Below are positions 47,701-59,539 of a stretch of 64,000 nt of DNA, in pieces. Source of the DNA: Lama glama (lineage: Eukaryota). A program made the translations under genes and the position numbers. Positions within the stretch are counted from its first letter, which is position 1. The number at the start of each line of letters is the position of its first letter. The notes under the pieces are model-generated. The model was not told where the DNA came from. It was given only the letters and a program-made list of their open reading frames with translations, and ran no database searches. The stretch is from the NCBI GenBank assembly GCA_028534125.1, contig CM052837.1, positions 37,076,001 through 37,140,000 on the forward strand. The letters run 5' to 3'.

Positions 47701-50240
47701 GAAGAGCCGGTCCTGACGCCTGTCCCCTCCTTCGGACCCAGGACCTGGTGTGGACACAGGTTCAGTCAGATCCGGTCTGAGTTCTCAGGGGGCTTCCATT
47801 GAAGGGTTGTGCCCGCCGGTGCCCTAGAGGCTAGTCTAATCAGAATCGACAGCCTCCGCGGCCTTAAGTCTTTTTCCTCCTCACCCTCTGCCGCGGGTGG
47901 TCGTCTTGGCAGAGGGAGGGGAAACCAGGAAGGGATTTTAAAATTCCCCTTCAGCTTAGGTGCATTCAGGTAGGAGAACCAGGCTCCCTGTCTGCCCTGT
48001 TAAACGGCTTCGTTGCCCACCAGCCATGTGAGTTGGCTGTGCTCACTCAGCGCAGGCCTCATCTCGCGGTGCTGTGTGTGATCCGGCAAAGCGGGGCTGT
48101 GATACTGGCCCGGGGAGAATTAGCATTTCACTTTGCTTTGGTGTGCCCTCCATGACCTGCCTTGCTGAAGTTCAGAAGTACCCGTGCTTTAGAATGAGAA
48201 AGGGTTGTTCGTAAACACAGGTGCTTTGAGTGCTTCAGGTGGTTTCTGAGAAAGACGGGTGTGATTTCTGCCCGTGGCCTGTGTGACAGCCCTGGGGACT
48301 GAGCAGTGTCCTGAAGTCATCGCTTTTAATCTCAGACGTTGAGGAAGTCCCAGCTTAACAAGCAGTGTTCTGCAGTCTGACAAGTGGCTTCCTTCGTGAA
48401 CTGAGAAAAAGTCCTCATTTGGTTCAATGTTTATTGAAATCACGCCTGCTTTCAGAAAGCTCTGTTTTACCATCTGGGTTTCAAGCATTAAAACAGAAGT
48501 TCTTGGGTTATTTTTCAAGATGAACTATGGTTTTGAAAGTTAAGTGTTTGTTCTTATGTCTTAAGTTTAGCATTTCCCAGAACTAAAGGATTCTCATATC
48601 CAAAACCAGTCACCTAGGGGAGTCCTTTGAGATCTGAACCAAGTCATTTATTTTTCACATATTTCCCATAGTAGTTCTGCAGACACTCACTCTGCCTTAC
48701 TTTGCACTATTAGAAATTCAGGGCAGGCTCACCCCTGTTCGGGCTTTTGTTTGCTTGTGTCCAGTTGGCCAGAATAGGAGCCTTTGGGCAGACACAGTTC
48801 CCTGGGAAGAGCACAGGCCCCAGTGTCCACCCGTCTCTGCCTTCGAGCCAGGGGTGAGTGGAGCTGTATAGGTTGGTCCAGGCACCAAGTCCTGGGCAGG
48901 ATTTTGCATTTAGATGTTTGCCTTCGAGGTCAGGAGACCATCTCGGGCAGCAGAGAAGTACAGAGCAGAAGGGAACCTTGGGTGAACTCTTGGTTTTGTT
49001 TCCATCGATAACGGAAAACAGGTGTTTATTTTCAACTTAAGCTGAAAAGTGGACCCTTGAGCATCAGGAGTTCTGGAGTTCCAGATTCAGGAAGTGTGGC
49101 TGTGTGGACAGGCAGGGTCCCCTTGGAAAGTAACTGAAGGTGACAGATGGAATACCAGACAGACCTTCTGGGTCTGTGATGCTGCACCTGCACAGAGCTC
49201 ACTGTACCGTCACAGGGAAGCTGGCCGGAGCCGCCGCCTCACAGGCGCAGTGGGTAGAGAGCAGCATCCGAGGGTGGGAATGTCCAGCAGCGGTGCATGC
49301 GGGTGGCTCTGCCACTTAACGAGGCTCGTGTGTTCTTGGGAAGACGCGTGCTGCTGTGGGCGGTCAGACAGCTTGCAGGTTCCACTCATGAGCGCAGGAC
49401 AAGCTGAGGCCCAGGGTCAGTGGTGTGTGCAGGAGAGGTGGGACGGACTGTGTCCAGCGCCATGCTTGGCCCCCTCCCCTCCCTCTGCTTGAGTCTTACT
49501 CTGTCAACTTTCCTGGTCATGGATTAAACGGGCCACCAGATGAGCTTGAACTTTGTAAAAGCTAGATGATCTATAAAGAAATGAACAGCTTTCCTCTTCA
49601 GCCCCAGGACCCGACAGGTTCCCTTTGAGGCATGGTGGCAGGTCTCCTGGTCCATAGGCCACTGTCCTTGCCCTGCTGTGGGCATGCTGTCTGTCACCTC
49701 CTTCCCTCAGATGGCCCCAGGGAGGACCTACCTATGGACCCTCCATCTGCCAGCCTCTCCACATGCCACTGCTTCCACCCCAGGCCAAGAGCCTCGCTGC
49801 ATCAGGCCTGGGAGGTGGAGGGAAGATGTGGCCGCAGAGAACGCGGCTGCCTGTGTTCGGATGCCGCCAGCCCACGTCTGCCATATTGCCCTGAAAGTGG
49901 GAAGTCAGGTTTCATGGACAATCTGAGCACGTCTTGTAAGGACCACTGCTTGCTGTGAATGTTCCTAGGAGACAGGCCTTCTGTAAATTGTGCAATCTTG
50001 ACGTCCGTGAGGCTCAGGCAGAGCAGATGCCAGTAATTACTCTCGCTCCTAATAACCGTGGCACTGTTGGCCTGGGAGCATCCACACTGCTCTTGACTTA
50101 GAGTGTGGAGAACGGACTCCTGTGGCCCGTAGCCCTGTTACCCTGTAGCTTCTAAGCAGCTTTTTTGCACTGACAGTTGATTTTCTCGTAAAGTGACCTA
50201 CCTGTGAGTTTTAGGAGTTTGTTCTCTTCTTTGCAGCGCC

Positions 50241-50300
50241 ATGGCCAGCCCGAGAACCAGGAAAGTCCTTAAAGAAGTCCGGGTGCAAGATGAGAACAAC
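50241..50300 (+). CDS. ARFGAP1: ARFGAP1 first coding exon
   Basis: ttgcag|cgccATGG ... AAC|gtaagc. Confidence 0.96.
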
Positions 50301-53300
50301 GTAAGCGTCTGCTTTTCTCGGGTGGGCCTCACGAACCTCTCAGAAGTTGCTTGCAGCCTGTCACGCATGGTTGGTCTCTCAGCCAGCCTCCCTCTGTGCC
50401 TCTTGGGGCCACCCATCGGGCCCTGCCCTGAGCCACTGGGTGAGCTGCCTGTGGCTCTCCCTGCAGGTGTGTTTTGAGTGCGGGGCATTCAACCCTCAGT
50501 GGGTGAGTGTGACCTACGGCATCTGGATCTGCCTGGAGTGCTCGGGGAAGCACCGCGGGCTCGGGGTGCACCTCAGGTCAGTGCCCGCCTGCTCCTGCTG
50601 CGCCGTGAGCCAGGGCGGGGAGACAGGCCGGGACGGGGTGATGGGCCAGGGAACGGGCCTGGGTGGGGAGACGGGCCGGGGCGGGCCCCTCACCGGCCAG
50701 CTCCACGGGACCACAGTGCACAATTCAAGACTGTTGGGGGCTCGAGGATGCCCCGTGCTGGTGATGAGGCTGACCCTCTGGTGTGCAGCTTCGTCCGTTC
50801 CGTCACTATGGACAAGTGGAAGGACGTGGAGCTGGAGAAGATGAAAGCCGGTGGGAACGCTAAATTCCGAGAGTTCCTGGAGTCTCAGGAAGACTATGAC
50901 CCCCGGTGGTCCCTGCAGGAGAAGTACAGCAGCAAGGCCGCCGCCCTTTTCAGGGACAAGGTGAGGACAGGCCTGCAGGCCCGTCGGCTGCTGCCGCGGT
51001 TCTGGGAGTAGAGGCTCCTGACACACCACGGGGGCTGTGTGCAGCCCCAGGCAGACAGGACCTGCGGCCCCATCTCGTCGCAGCCAGGGGACGCCCATCA
51101 TTTAGGGGGCAGAGAGTGGGGCCCCAGGCATTTGCGGTTGGAGCCACACTGACCAAGAACTCACTCGTGCTCTGTCTGTCGTGAGGCCTGGTCTCAGCGT
51201 TTAGACTGGGTGGGCCCCTAGCCCGTGGCTGAGCCAAAGTGGCTGCGTGAGGGGCACGGGGGCGCTAGAGCAGGTGCGCCCACGGCTGCCCCGACGGTTC
51301 CCGCGTCCCCTTGGCAGGTGGCCACCCTGGCCGAAGGTAGAGAATGGTCTCTGGAGTCATCGCCTGCCCAGAACTGGACCCCACCTCAGCCCAGGGCACT
51401 GCTGTCCACTGCCCACCGGTAACTTCTCTGGCCTGCTGGCTGGAGGGTGCTGCTGTCAGCCTGGCCCTGACCCTGACTGTGGCTCAGGGTCCCCGTGCTA
51501 TTGTGGCAACGATTCGATTGTCAGCTGTTCTAAAGGCAGAGGGAAAACCAACTTTTTAAGTTCCATATTTAAACTTCCAGTAAAAACTCAACCATTAAGG
51601 GCATGTTCAAGGTAGAGCATACCGTCCCCGGTTCCTCAGCGTAGAGTCTCCAGGTTTGTGCCCACGACACTCAGCAGCTCTGGAGGAATCTGCCTGGCTG
51701 GTGGTCTGGTCTGAGGCTTGCCCACCTCCCCAGGGCACAGGAACGCAGGGCGGGCTGACCCCATGGAGGTGTCTCGGGTCCTCTGGCACATAGGAGACTC
51801 GTGTTCTGGGGGGTTGGCATCAGGAGAGGCTCCCTGTTTACACCAGGGTTGCCCTGCAGTCCTCCTCCTGTGGCAGGAGTCCCGTCGGGATGTCTCCAGA
51901 CCACTGCCAATGTGCTTCCTTTGGCCTCGGTCCCTCTGGCCTCCCTGTGGACGCAGGCAGGCGTGGAGCCGCTGGGGAGCCTGCCCGCCAGGCTGCCTCA
52001 ACCTCCTCTTGCTCCTTGCCTCCTCTGCTCAGAGGTGGAGGCCAGCTCAGCCCAGGTGCTAGTGCTTCAGAGGAGCTGGGTGTCATCAGGTGGGCGTGGC
52101 AGCACCTCCACGACCATAGCTCCTGCCACGTGTGCCTGCCCTGTTGGTCTCACCGACTTCTGACTCCGTTTCAGAGCCCCTGGCCAGCCGCAGAGCTCCA
52201 CCGCTGCCTCCGACAAGGCTTCCGAAGACTGGCTGAGCGACGGCTCCTGTCGAGGGTCAGGCCTCGGGGGGCGCTGGGGGGCTGGGGGCCTGCATGGACC
52301 CAGCTGTGGAGGGTTTGGTCCCTCGGGGCAACGCTGCCCTGGTGAGGGTGGGCACTGCTGCTGCTTCACAGGTGCGGAGTCGGCAGGCCTCACTGGCCAG
52401 CCTGGGTTCGAGTAGGGGCTTGAGTGGAGAGAAACCCCTTAGAGACGATCACTTCTAGGAACACTTAAGAGGAACAAATGAAAGTAGGTCCCCAGAGCTG
52501 TCGGGTTGAGCCACTGTGACGCTCCCTGCGGTCGCTGGCCGTCAGCTCCGGGTCTCGCTGAGATTCTCAGGCCAAGTGCAGCAGGGGGGCCCCGTCCCCG
52601 AGCGCAGGAAAGCCTGACCCCCACGCGGAGGGCCGTGGGCGCACCTGCACGCCCTCCAGGGGCTCCGTCGGGTCCGGGCGCCCCCACCCCACGGCTCTCG
52701 GGAGCATCACGGCTGCTGCTTGTGCCCCCTCCAGGGCCCAGGAGACCCGCTATGTGGGCTTTGGGAACACCGCGCCACCTCAGAAGAGAGAGGACGACTT
52801 CCTCAACAGCGCCATGTCGTCCCTGTACTCGGTGAGGACGCTGTGCTGCCCCGTGCCACCCGTGTGCGCCCGGGGGGCCTCCCGCAGCGGGCGCGGCTCC
52901 CGTCCCCTTCGGGCCCCTCCCCCTTTCCTCCGCTGACGCTTCCTGGAGCGCGGCTTGCTCAGTTCCGTTACTCCAGCTGCAAGACACGTAGTTTGGATTT
53001 AATGAGGTGCGTTTCCTCCAGAGAATTAATGCCCCGTGTGGAGAGCCTCCCTGGGCCACTTTGGTTCTGGGTGTCACTCTGTGGCTCTGTCGGTGGCAGA
53101 GGTGACAAGCTCAGCCGCACAGGCTGGGCCACCGTCTGGAGGTGGCTCCTGGTCACACGTGTGCCTTCCCCCCACCCTCGGCCACTCTAGGTCACACCAT
53201 AATTTTCCAGAGAAACTTCCTTTTTAAAACACGTTCTATTTGTCACAACCTGGTCTACAACGCCGGTAACTGCAGCCCTCCCAAGCGTCTCTGGACGCTG

Positions 53301-56300
53301 TGCACAGAAAGACGGACGTGCTCTGTGTGCTGAGAGGATGGGGTTGAGGGCTGGGGGGCCTGTAGGGGACTGGAGGCTGGGCTGGTCCCAGGCTGTGTGA
53401 GCACAGAGCCTCTGGACGGAGCCCAAGGATGGGGTCCAGACTTGGGCCATGGGAGGTCGCCATCACCACTGCGTACGCTCCTTGAACCACATGTGTCTGT
53501 CCCCCAAATGAACGGGCATCTCACTCAGAAAATATTTAAGCCCCATTTGCCCCTGAAGCGCCTGTAGCTGGATCTGGGGGCTCCTGGGGGAGCGCTGGGG
53601 CCCCCAGCGTTGCTCTCCCGGGCGCTCTTTGTGGGTTGTTGGCCTGAAGCCTGCTGTGAGGAGATTGTCTTCTGGAAACACCCTCCCAGGACCGCAGTGT
53701 ATTTGTGTCTCCTATCAGAGGGGCCGGTGGGCCAGGCAGTGGGAGGAGCCGGCTCACCTCAGTGGTGGGGGCTCCACCCTGGGGCCCCGCCCTCCAGCCC
53801 TCCTGGTCCAGCCACGTGTGGGGTGGGGACGGTCCCACAGCGTCCAGCTGTGTGCGAGGCAGGTGGTGTGGGTCAGAAGAGCACCTTCCATGTTGCTTCC
53901 TCTCAGGGCTGGAGCAGTTTCACCACCGGAGCCAGCAGGTTCGCCTCGGCAGCTAAGGAGGGTGTAAGTAGCCTGTCCCACAACACAGCCACGCGGGCTG
54001 GAGGGCTGGGGAGGACGGAGGGTCCTGAAGGGGCTCGGGCCGCACATCTGTCTGCCCCAGGAAGCCTGGTGAGTGGCCCCTGCCCTGCCCTTGGCTGGTG
54101 CCCTGAGACTGGGCGGGTCCTCAAGGCCCCGCGGAGCTTCTTTGCTGTAATAGTGGGTCTTGTGCTGGCTGCAGAGGAGTCGCTGGCAGGGCCTGGTTGG
54201 TTCCAGGAGAAAGAGGTGACAGGGTGGCCTCCACTCGCCCCGGTGAAGCAGTATTGGCCCTGCAACCCCCCGAGTGTCAGCTCCCGGGTCTCCAGTGCAG
54301 TGTAGGCAGTCCGAGTTTCCACTCCCAGCCTTGCCTGCTCCTTGGCCTAAGGCGAGGGATGACTGGGGATTTTGTCAGGACAGATGAGTGGACACTGGGC
54401 AGTGACCTGGGCGAGAGCCGGGCGGGAAGGATCAGGCCAGAAACCTGTACGAGGATGTCATCCTGGAGGGGAGACTGCAGCCAGCATGGCGTGGTGGTGA
54501 CAGGAGGGGTGCGAGGAGGGGAGCGCGGAGCAGGGATAGAAGGCTGCCTGGCAGGCTGACCCAGGGCACACGGGCCCAAGGGAGCCCAGGACAGGAGTTT
54601 CTGAAGGCCAGAGCACAGCTGCCCAGCCAGCCAGTGGGAACCCTGGGGTTGGAGTAGAGTCTGGGGCACATCTCGGGTGTGCCCCAGGGGCCACTGTGCC
54701 CGGCGTCGGGCAGCGCCACCCATGCTCCTGAGTCACCTCTGCCTGTTTTCTCTGAGGTCTTGTCTCCCAAGGGCGCTGCGGTGGGGGGTCCAGGCCTGCT
54801 TGTTTTGAGAGTGGCCCGGGTGCCGGGCCAAGGTGAGAGGCCTGAGTGGACTGGGCTTGTGGGAGGCCTGTGGGCCCCTGCATCCTGGACTGGGGAGGTC
54901 AGCGTTAGCCCTGCTCCCTCACACCGGGTGCTGCACGGGCCCCCCTGCCCTGATGGCCTCCTGGGGGGAGCTGAAATCGTGTGCATCTCTGAGGGCCCCA
55001 TAGCGCTGCTGTGGGGTGAGCACAGGGCCTCGTGGCCGTCGGGAGACAGGCCTGGGACTGATCACCTGTCTGTACCCCAGGGAGCGGCAGCCCCAGTGGT
55101 CAGCATCAGGACAGTAGACCAGACACCAGGCGTCTCTCTGTTTTCTTTCAGGCTACGAAATTCGGATCCCACGCAAGTCAGAAGGTAACGAGGGAGGCCT
55201 CCATGTTGGTGTGTGAGGCTCCCGGCCGGCCTGCCCTCCCTGTATGCTCGGGGCCGGGACACTCCTGCAGGCAGCTCGGGCAGGCCCACACATGTGGACT
55301 TGTCTCCCAAGCTCCCATGTCACAGGGGTCTCTTCAGGTGCCTGCGGGTTTAGCAGGTGGAGTAAGGCTGTACCTGCTTAGGGTCTGTGGGGCCAAAGTC
55401 GTCACCTGTACCTGGCAGCTGTGGGCCTCTGTACCGTTTGCCTCATAGGGAGGGAGCAGGCGGTGGCCCCGGGATGGGGAGAGAAGGCTCAGTGTGGCTG
55501 AGGCTCTGCTGTGTCTGGGCAGCCCCAGGCGGGGTGACCCGGGGCCTCCTGTAGGACACTGGGGCTGAGTCCCGCAGAGACAGGTCCTTGTCCCCAGTTA
55601 GCACCCTCTCTTCTTGTGGATGGTGTCTTGGGTCCTGGTGTTCATCTTTCCAAATCTTGGTGTGCAGCCCCCATGGTCCACATGTGGTGCCAGGCTCAGG
55701 CCGGCCCGTCCTCCGGCACTGGGGGTCAGGACTCAGGAGGGGCAGCCACAGAGGCTGTCCCAGGAGCCCAGGGCCACATGGGCCCCTCGCACCCTGAGTA
55801 GGGGTCCCAGCCCCCGCCTGGGAACCTTCTCTGAGCCCCTACCTCGGGCTCCTGAACCACCCACTTGCGTGGCCCTGGACTTGCAGAGCCAGGACTGGGG
55901 GCTCCATGGGGCCCTGCCAGGGTGCGTCCTCTTGTTGCCAACGCTGCTGCCACCGCCTTGCTCTCTCTCTCTCTCCGTCGTCTCCGCGTGCTGCCTGGGT
56001 AAAGTTCTGGGGTTCCAAGCAGCAGCCCGAGCTGGTAAGGCCGTCCGTACCGCTGCATGCCCCCATCCACGTGGCACGAGCTCTGCTCCCCAACGTCCGC
56101 GCTGTGGCCCGTGTCGGTGCTTCCGTGTGCTTGCGCTCTGATCTGCTGCCGATTTCCGCCTGATCTGTCCGCGGCGCTCGGGCACCCGTGTCGTGGGCAG
56201 GAGACATGAGACCGACCCAGGACTTGGGGCTGCTGCTGCTGCCGGGGCTGAGGGGCCCGGGTGCTTGGAGCTTCTTGGCGAGATTTTCACTTTGTGGTTT

Positions 56301-59300
56301 AATTATTTTCAGCGAAATTATCCAAAGGAGTCCTGTCCAAGTGGCCAGGGCCCCACACTGTGTTGCCTCCCCCAGTCCTGCCCACCCCGACCTGAGCTGC
56401 CGGCCGGGCTCATTCCCCCCACCCCCTTTTCTCCAGGCTCCGGCAGGGCCCTGGAGGGCAGGTGGGCTCGGGACCTGCCCGTCTGTGTCCCGGTGGGGGG
56501 TCGTTGTCAGCACACGGGCTGTTCTCACGGGATGGGTCACGTGGGCTCCAACGGGGAGACCCTGGAGGTGGCTGCTGGATGGTGTAGGCTCCCAGGGGCT
56601 CGCCGCCGTCCCGGCCCCTTGCCAGAGCAGGTGGGCCAAGGGCGGCAGCCTCTGGCCTGCGCGCATCTGCCCAGGCGCCACCCGCCGTGAGAGCCTGGTG
56701 CGTCGTGTGCTGCCGGGCTGCTCGCTGGCCGCTGCTTCCTATCTGTGCGCAGAGCTCGCAGTGACCGTGCTGCTGTGTCCCGGGATGGACCTGCCGCCAA
56801 GCTCACTTGATCTAATGAAGTCTTTTCTTCTGACAGGCGTCGGAGTTGGGGCATAGTCTGAACGACAGTGTCCTCAAACCCGCCCAGGAGAAGGTAATGC
56901 CACGACCCACGGTGCTCCGCCACGTGCTCCTTGCAGCTCCTGTGGGCTTTTTGGGGGTGGCTGGTGCGGGGGCTTTGCTCCGGGGTGTGGACTCCTGAGG
57001 GTGCCCCGTGTTCCCGGCGCCCTGTACTTGTGGGTTCATCCCCAGCATTAGCAGCGCCTGGCCTTGCCCTCTGCTGCTGGGTCGGGGAGAGCCCTGTCCC
57101 GTGTGGCTGGGTGTGCCCCCTGGCTTCTCGTCCTGGCCAAAGTGCTCAGAGGAGACCCGGATGGGCTGAGAGAGGCTTTGGGGGGCTGGGACTTAGGGGA
57201 CAGGGCCAGCTTGTCCTCAGAAGGTTGTGGGTGGCGTCGAGACCACCCGGGGAAAGTCCGAGTTAGACCAGCCTGGGCTGTGGCCTGGCAGCCCCACTTC
57301 CTCTCACTTCTGGGGAGGAGCAGCGTGGCGTGGAGGCAAGTTCCGTGAGCAGGCGCCAGCGGGCGTGTCCTCTGTCAGGGGCGGGCAGCGGGCCTCTGCC
57401 CCTCGGCTGACGGCGCTGTTTCAATCCACCAGGTGAAGGAGGGAAAGATTTTTGATGATGTGTCCAGTGGGTTCTCTCAGTTGGCATCCAAGGTAGGGCA
57501 GCCCCGCCTGACACTTGGGCATAGCTGGAAGCCAGTCTCCATATTCCAGGGTGCCGGGAACCGCGAGCAGGAAGGGCCCGGGCGCTTCTTGCCCCGGATG
57601 GTGTCTGCGGCCTGCGTGGCCTCTGGGACACGAGGAAGGTCAGGTAGATGCTCCGGTGCCGGTGGCTCGAGGAATCTGGAAACAGCTGGACGGGCACCTG
57701 TTACAGCCACTAACCTGTTGCTTCCTTTCTTTCTGTCCTTGTCTTGCTGCTGCCGACCTCTCCCCGGTGAGTGTGCCGGGGCGGCCTGCCCACCTTCTCT
57801 GCCTTAGAGCCACAGTGGGCAGCGCGTCTGTCTGCTTCCCAGCACGAGGCTCTGCGTGGGGCGGCCGTCCGCCCAGGGAGCCTCGCAGCCACCTGCTGGG
57901 GCCACAGCCTCTCGCTGTGCACACGGCGGGCGTCCCGCCTGCCCCGGGAGACTCCATCCCGGGTGAATGGGCGCGAATTCCAGGTCTTTAGACACTGTGC
58001 TCTCGGCGCCAGAGCCGTGGCTGAGCTGCCCCATGTCTCCTTACAGGTCCAGGGGGTTGGCACTAGGGGATGGCGGGACGTCACCACCTTTTTTTCTGGG
58101 AAAGTGGAGGACGCCTCGGACAGGTATGCCGGGCCTCTCGTCCTGATGTAAGCCCCCCTTTTCTGGTATTCTTCCTTGGGGTCTCTGGGAGGCAGATGTG
58201 TCACCCCCAGGGATTCAGAGGTCACAGGGCAGAGGCCCCCCAAGCCCTTGACCTCTTACTCTGAAGCTCTTCCTTGGACCTGGCAGGAGCTGCCGCTGCC
58301 CAGGGCTGGAGAGGGAGGGAGGGTCTCAGGCGGGGAACTGGGTGTGGAGACGAGGGGCTGCTGGGCTCTGATCCCACCTCCTGGGGTCTGGAGCGCTCAC
58401 TGGCCCGCTCGAGGCTGTGCCCGGGCCTTCCTGCTGGAATCCCAGTCTGCCTGGCTTTCTGGTTCTCTGACCCCAGGGGGAGCCTGGGATCTGATGGGGG
58501 AGATGGCCAGGGGCTGGGCCAGAGCCGTGGCCGCAACTGCCTTGGCGGTGCCGACGGCCTGCCCTGGGGCCGAGGAGCGTCCCCCTTGCCAGCAGGCAGG
58601 GTGCCGCAGTGCTTGCTTGGTCGCCCGCTGTGGGACCGTGCAGCTGCAGTTCTGGTGAGGGGTTTTCCATCCGGAGCTGACCCTTCACGATGCCGAGGCC
58701 AGGTCTCTGGGTTTTCTTTTGCCCTTAATCATCGCAGAAAACCAAGATCTGCGTGTTTCCCGGATTTCAGCTCTGTAGCTGGGTCTCCTCTGCTTTGGAG
58801 CGAGAACAACAGCTCCACGACCCCGCCTGGTGGTGGCCGAGCATCCTGGGTGGGATCTCAGACTCGGCCTTGAGCCGTCTCTGGGGAGAAGCGGGGAGAA
58901 AGCCAGGCGGCTCAGGGCCCCTTGCAGCAGCTTTTCTGCTTTTGTGAGAGCCACTCAGAGGCCCCTTCTCTGTCACAGACTCCCGGAGGGCCAGAGCTAC
59001 CAGAACAGCGGTGGGGACAACTCCCAGAACACCATTGATCAGAGCTTCTGGGAGGCCTTTGGGACCGCTGACCCCGCCAAGGCACACCGGTCCCCGAGCA
59101 GCGACAGCTGGACATGCGCGGACGCCTCAGCCGACAAGAGGAGCTCGGACAGTTGGGACGTGTGGGGCTCGGGCTCCGCGTCCAACAACAAGAACAGCGA
59201 CAGTGGCGATGGCTGGGAGGCCTGGTGGGGCGGCGGGGAGGGCGCAGCCAAGGCCACCAGGGAGGGCGCAGCCAAGGCCACCAGGAAGGCTGCGCCACCC

Positions 59301-59336
59301 ACGGCGGACGAGGTCTGGGACAACCAGGACTGGTAG
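50241..59336 (+). CDS. ARFGAP1: ADP-ribosylation factor GTPase-activating protein 1, whole spliced CDS: join 50241-50300, 50467-50576, 50789-50960, 51318-51418, 52175-52255, 52735-52831, 53907-53963, 55152-55184, 56837-56893, 57433-57492, 58047-58123, 58979-59336; 420 aa
   Basis: [50 protein letters not shown] (C4 zinc finger plus catalytic Arg), ALPS1 [29 protein letters not shown]2 [20 protein letters not shown]...FFSGK, C-terminal WDNQDW*; 1263 nt in phase. Confidence 0.98.
50467..50576 (+). CDS. ARFGAP1: ARFGAP1 zinc-finger exon
   Basis: ctgcag|GTG ... AG|gtcagt, 110 nt. Confidence 0.96.
50789..50960 (+). CDS. ARFGAP1: ARFGAP1 exon ([10 protein letters not shown]...LFRDK)
   Basis: gtgcag|C ... 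AAG|gtgagg, 172 nt. Confidence 0.96.
51318..51418 (+). CDS. ARFGAP1: ARFGAP1 exon ([10 protein letters not shown]...AHR)
   Basis: tggcag|GTG ... CG|gtaact, 101 nt. Confidence 0.94.
52175..52255 (+). CDS. ARFGAP1: ARFGAP1 exon ([27 protein letters not shown])
   Basis: tttcag|A ... GG|gtcagg, 81 nt. Confidence 0.88.
52735..52831 (+). CDS. ARFGAP1: ARFGAP1 exon (RYVGFGN...SSLYS)
   Basis: ctccag|G ... TCG|gtgagg, 97 nt. Confidence 0.95.
53907..53963 (+). CDS. ARFGAP1: ARFGAP1 exon ([19 protein letters not shown])
   Basis: tctcag|GGC ... GGT|gtaagt. Confidence 0.95.
55152..55184 (+). CDS. ARFGAP1: ARFGAP1 exon ([11 protein letters not shown])
   Basis: tttcag|GCT ... AAG|gtaacg. Confidence 0.93.
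56005..56034 (+). CDS. ARFGAP1: ARFGAP1 alternative 30-nt (brain-type) exon, [10 protein letters not shown]
   Basis: taaag|TTC ... CTG|gtaagg, phase 0-0; resembles the known 10-aa insert (human FWGHKQQPEP, recalled). Confidence 0.85.
56837..56893 (+). CDS. ARFGAP1: ARFGAP1 exon ([19 protein letters not shown])
   Basis: tgacag|GCG ... AAG|gtaatg. Confidence 0.94.
57433..57492 (+). CDS. ARFGAP1: ARFGAP1 exon ([20 protein letters not shown])
   Basis: caccag|GTG ... AAG|gtaggg. Confidence 0.94.
58047..58123 (+). CDS. ARFGAP1: ARFGAP1 exon ([25 protein letters not shown]); alternative acceptor at 58053 drops VQ
   Basis: ttacag|GTCCAG|GGG ... AG|gtatgc. Confidence 0.94.
58979..59336 (+). CDS. 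ARFGAP1: ARFGAP1 last coding exon
   Basis: tcacag|A ... TGG TAG; WEAF, WDVW, WEAW and WDNQDW tryptophan motifs. Confidence 0.96.
59238..59285 (+). repeat. Perfect 24-nt tandem duplication in the ARFGAP1 CDS (EGAAKATR x2)
   Basis: gagggcgcagccaaggccaccagg at 59238-59261 and 59262-59285. Confidence 0.95.
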
Positions 59337-59533
59337 GCCCCAGCCCTGCAGCCAGTGCTGTGGAAGGCAGCCTCGGGCGGGCCCCTGGGCCGTGCCTGCC
59401 GGTCGTGTGTCCCTGTGCCCACCCTCCTGGATTCTCGGCAGCCCTGGGCACCTGGGCTGGGCACTGTTGAGGACAGGGGTCCATGCTGCTGCGGGGAGCC
59501 GGCCGCACCCTGCCGTCGCCCCACGCGCTCAGT

Positions 59534-59539
59534 AATAAA
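59534..59539 (+). terminator. Candidate proximal poly(A) signal AATAAA for ARFGAP1
   Basis: Canonical hexamer about 200 nt after the stop; U/GU-rich sequence near 59610-59635. Confidence 0.55.

Noticed and set aside
50612-50685. Two similar G-rich ~25-nt blocks in an ARFGAP1 intron
   Set aside because: A short degenerate duplication with intronic G-runs, common in short GC-rich introns.
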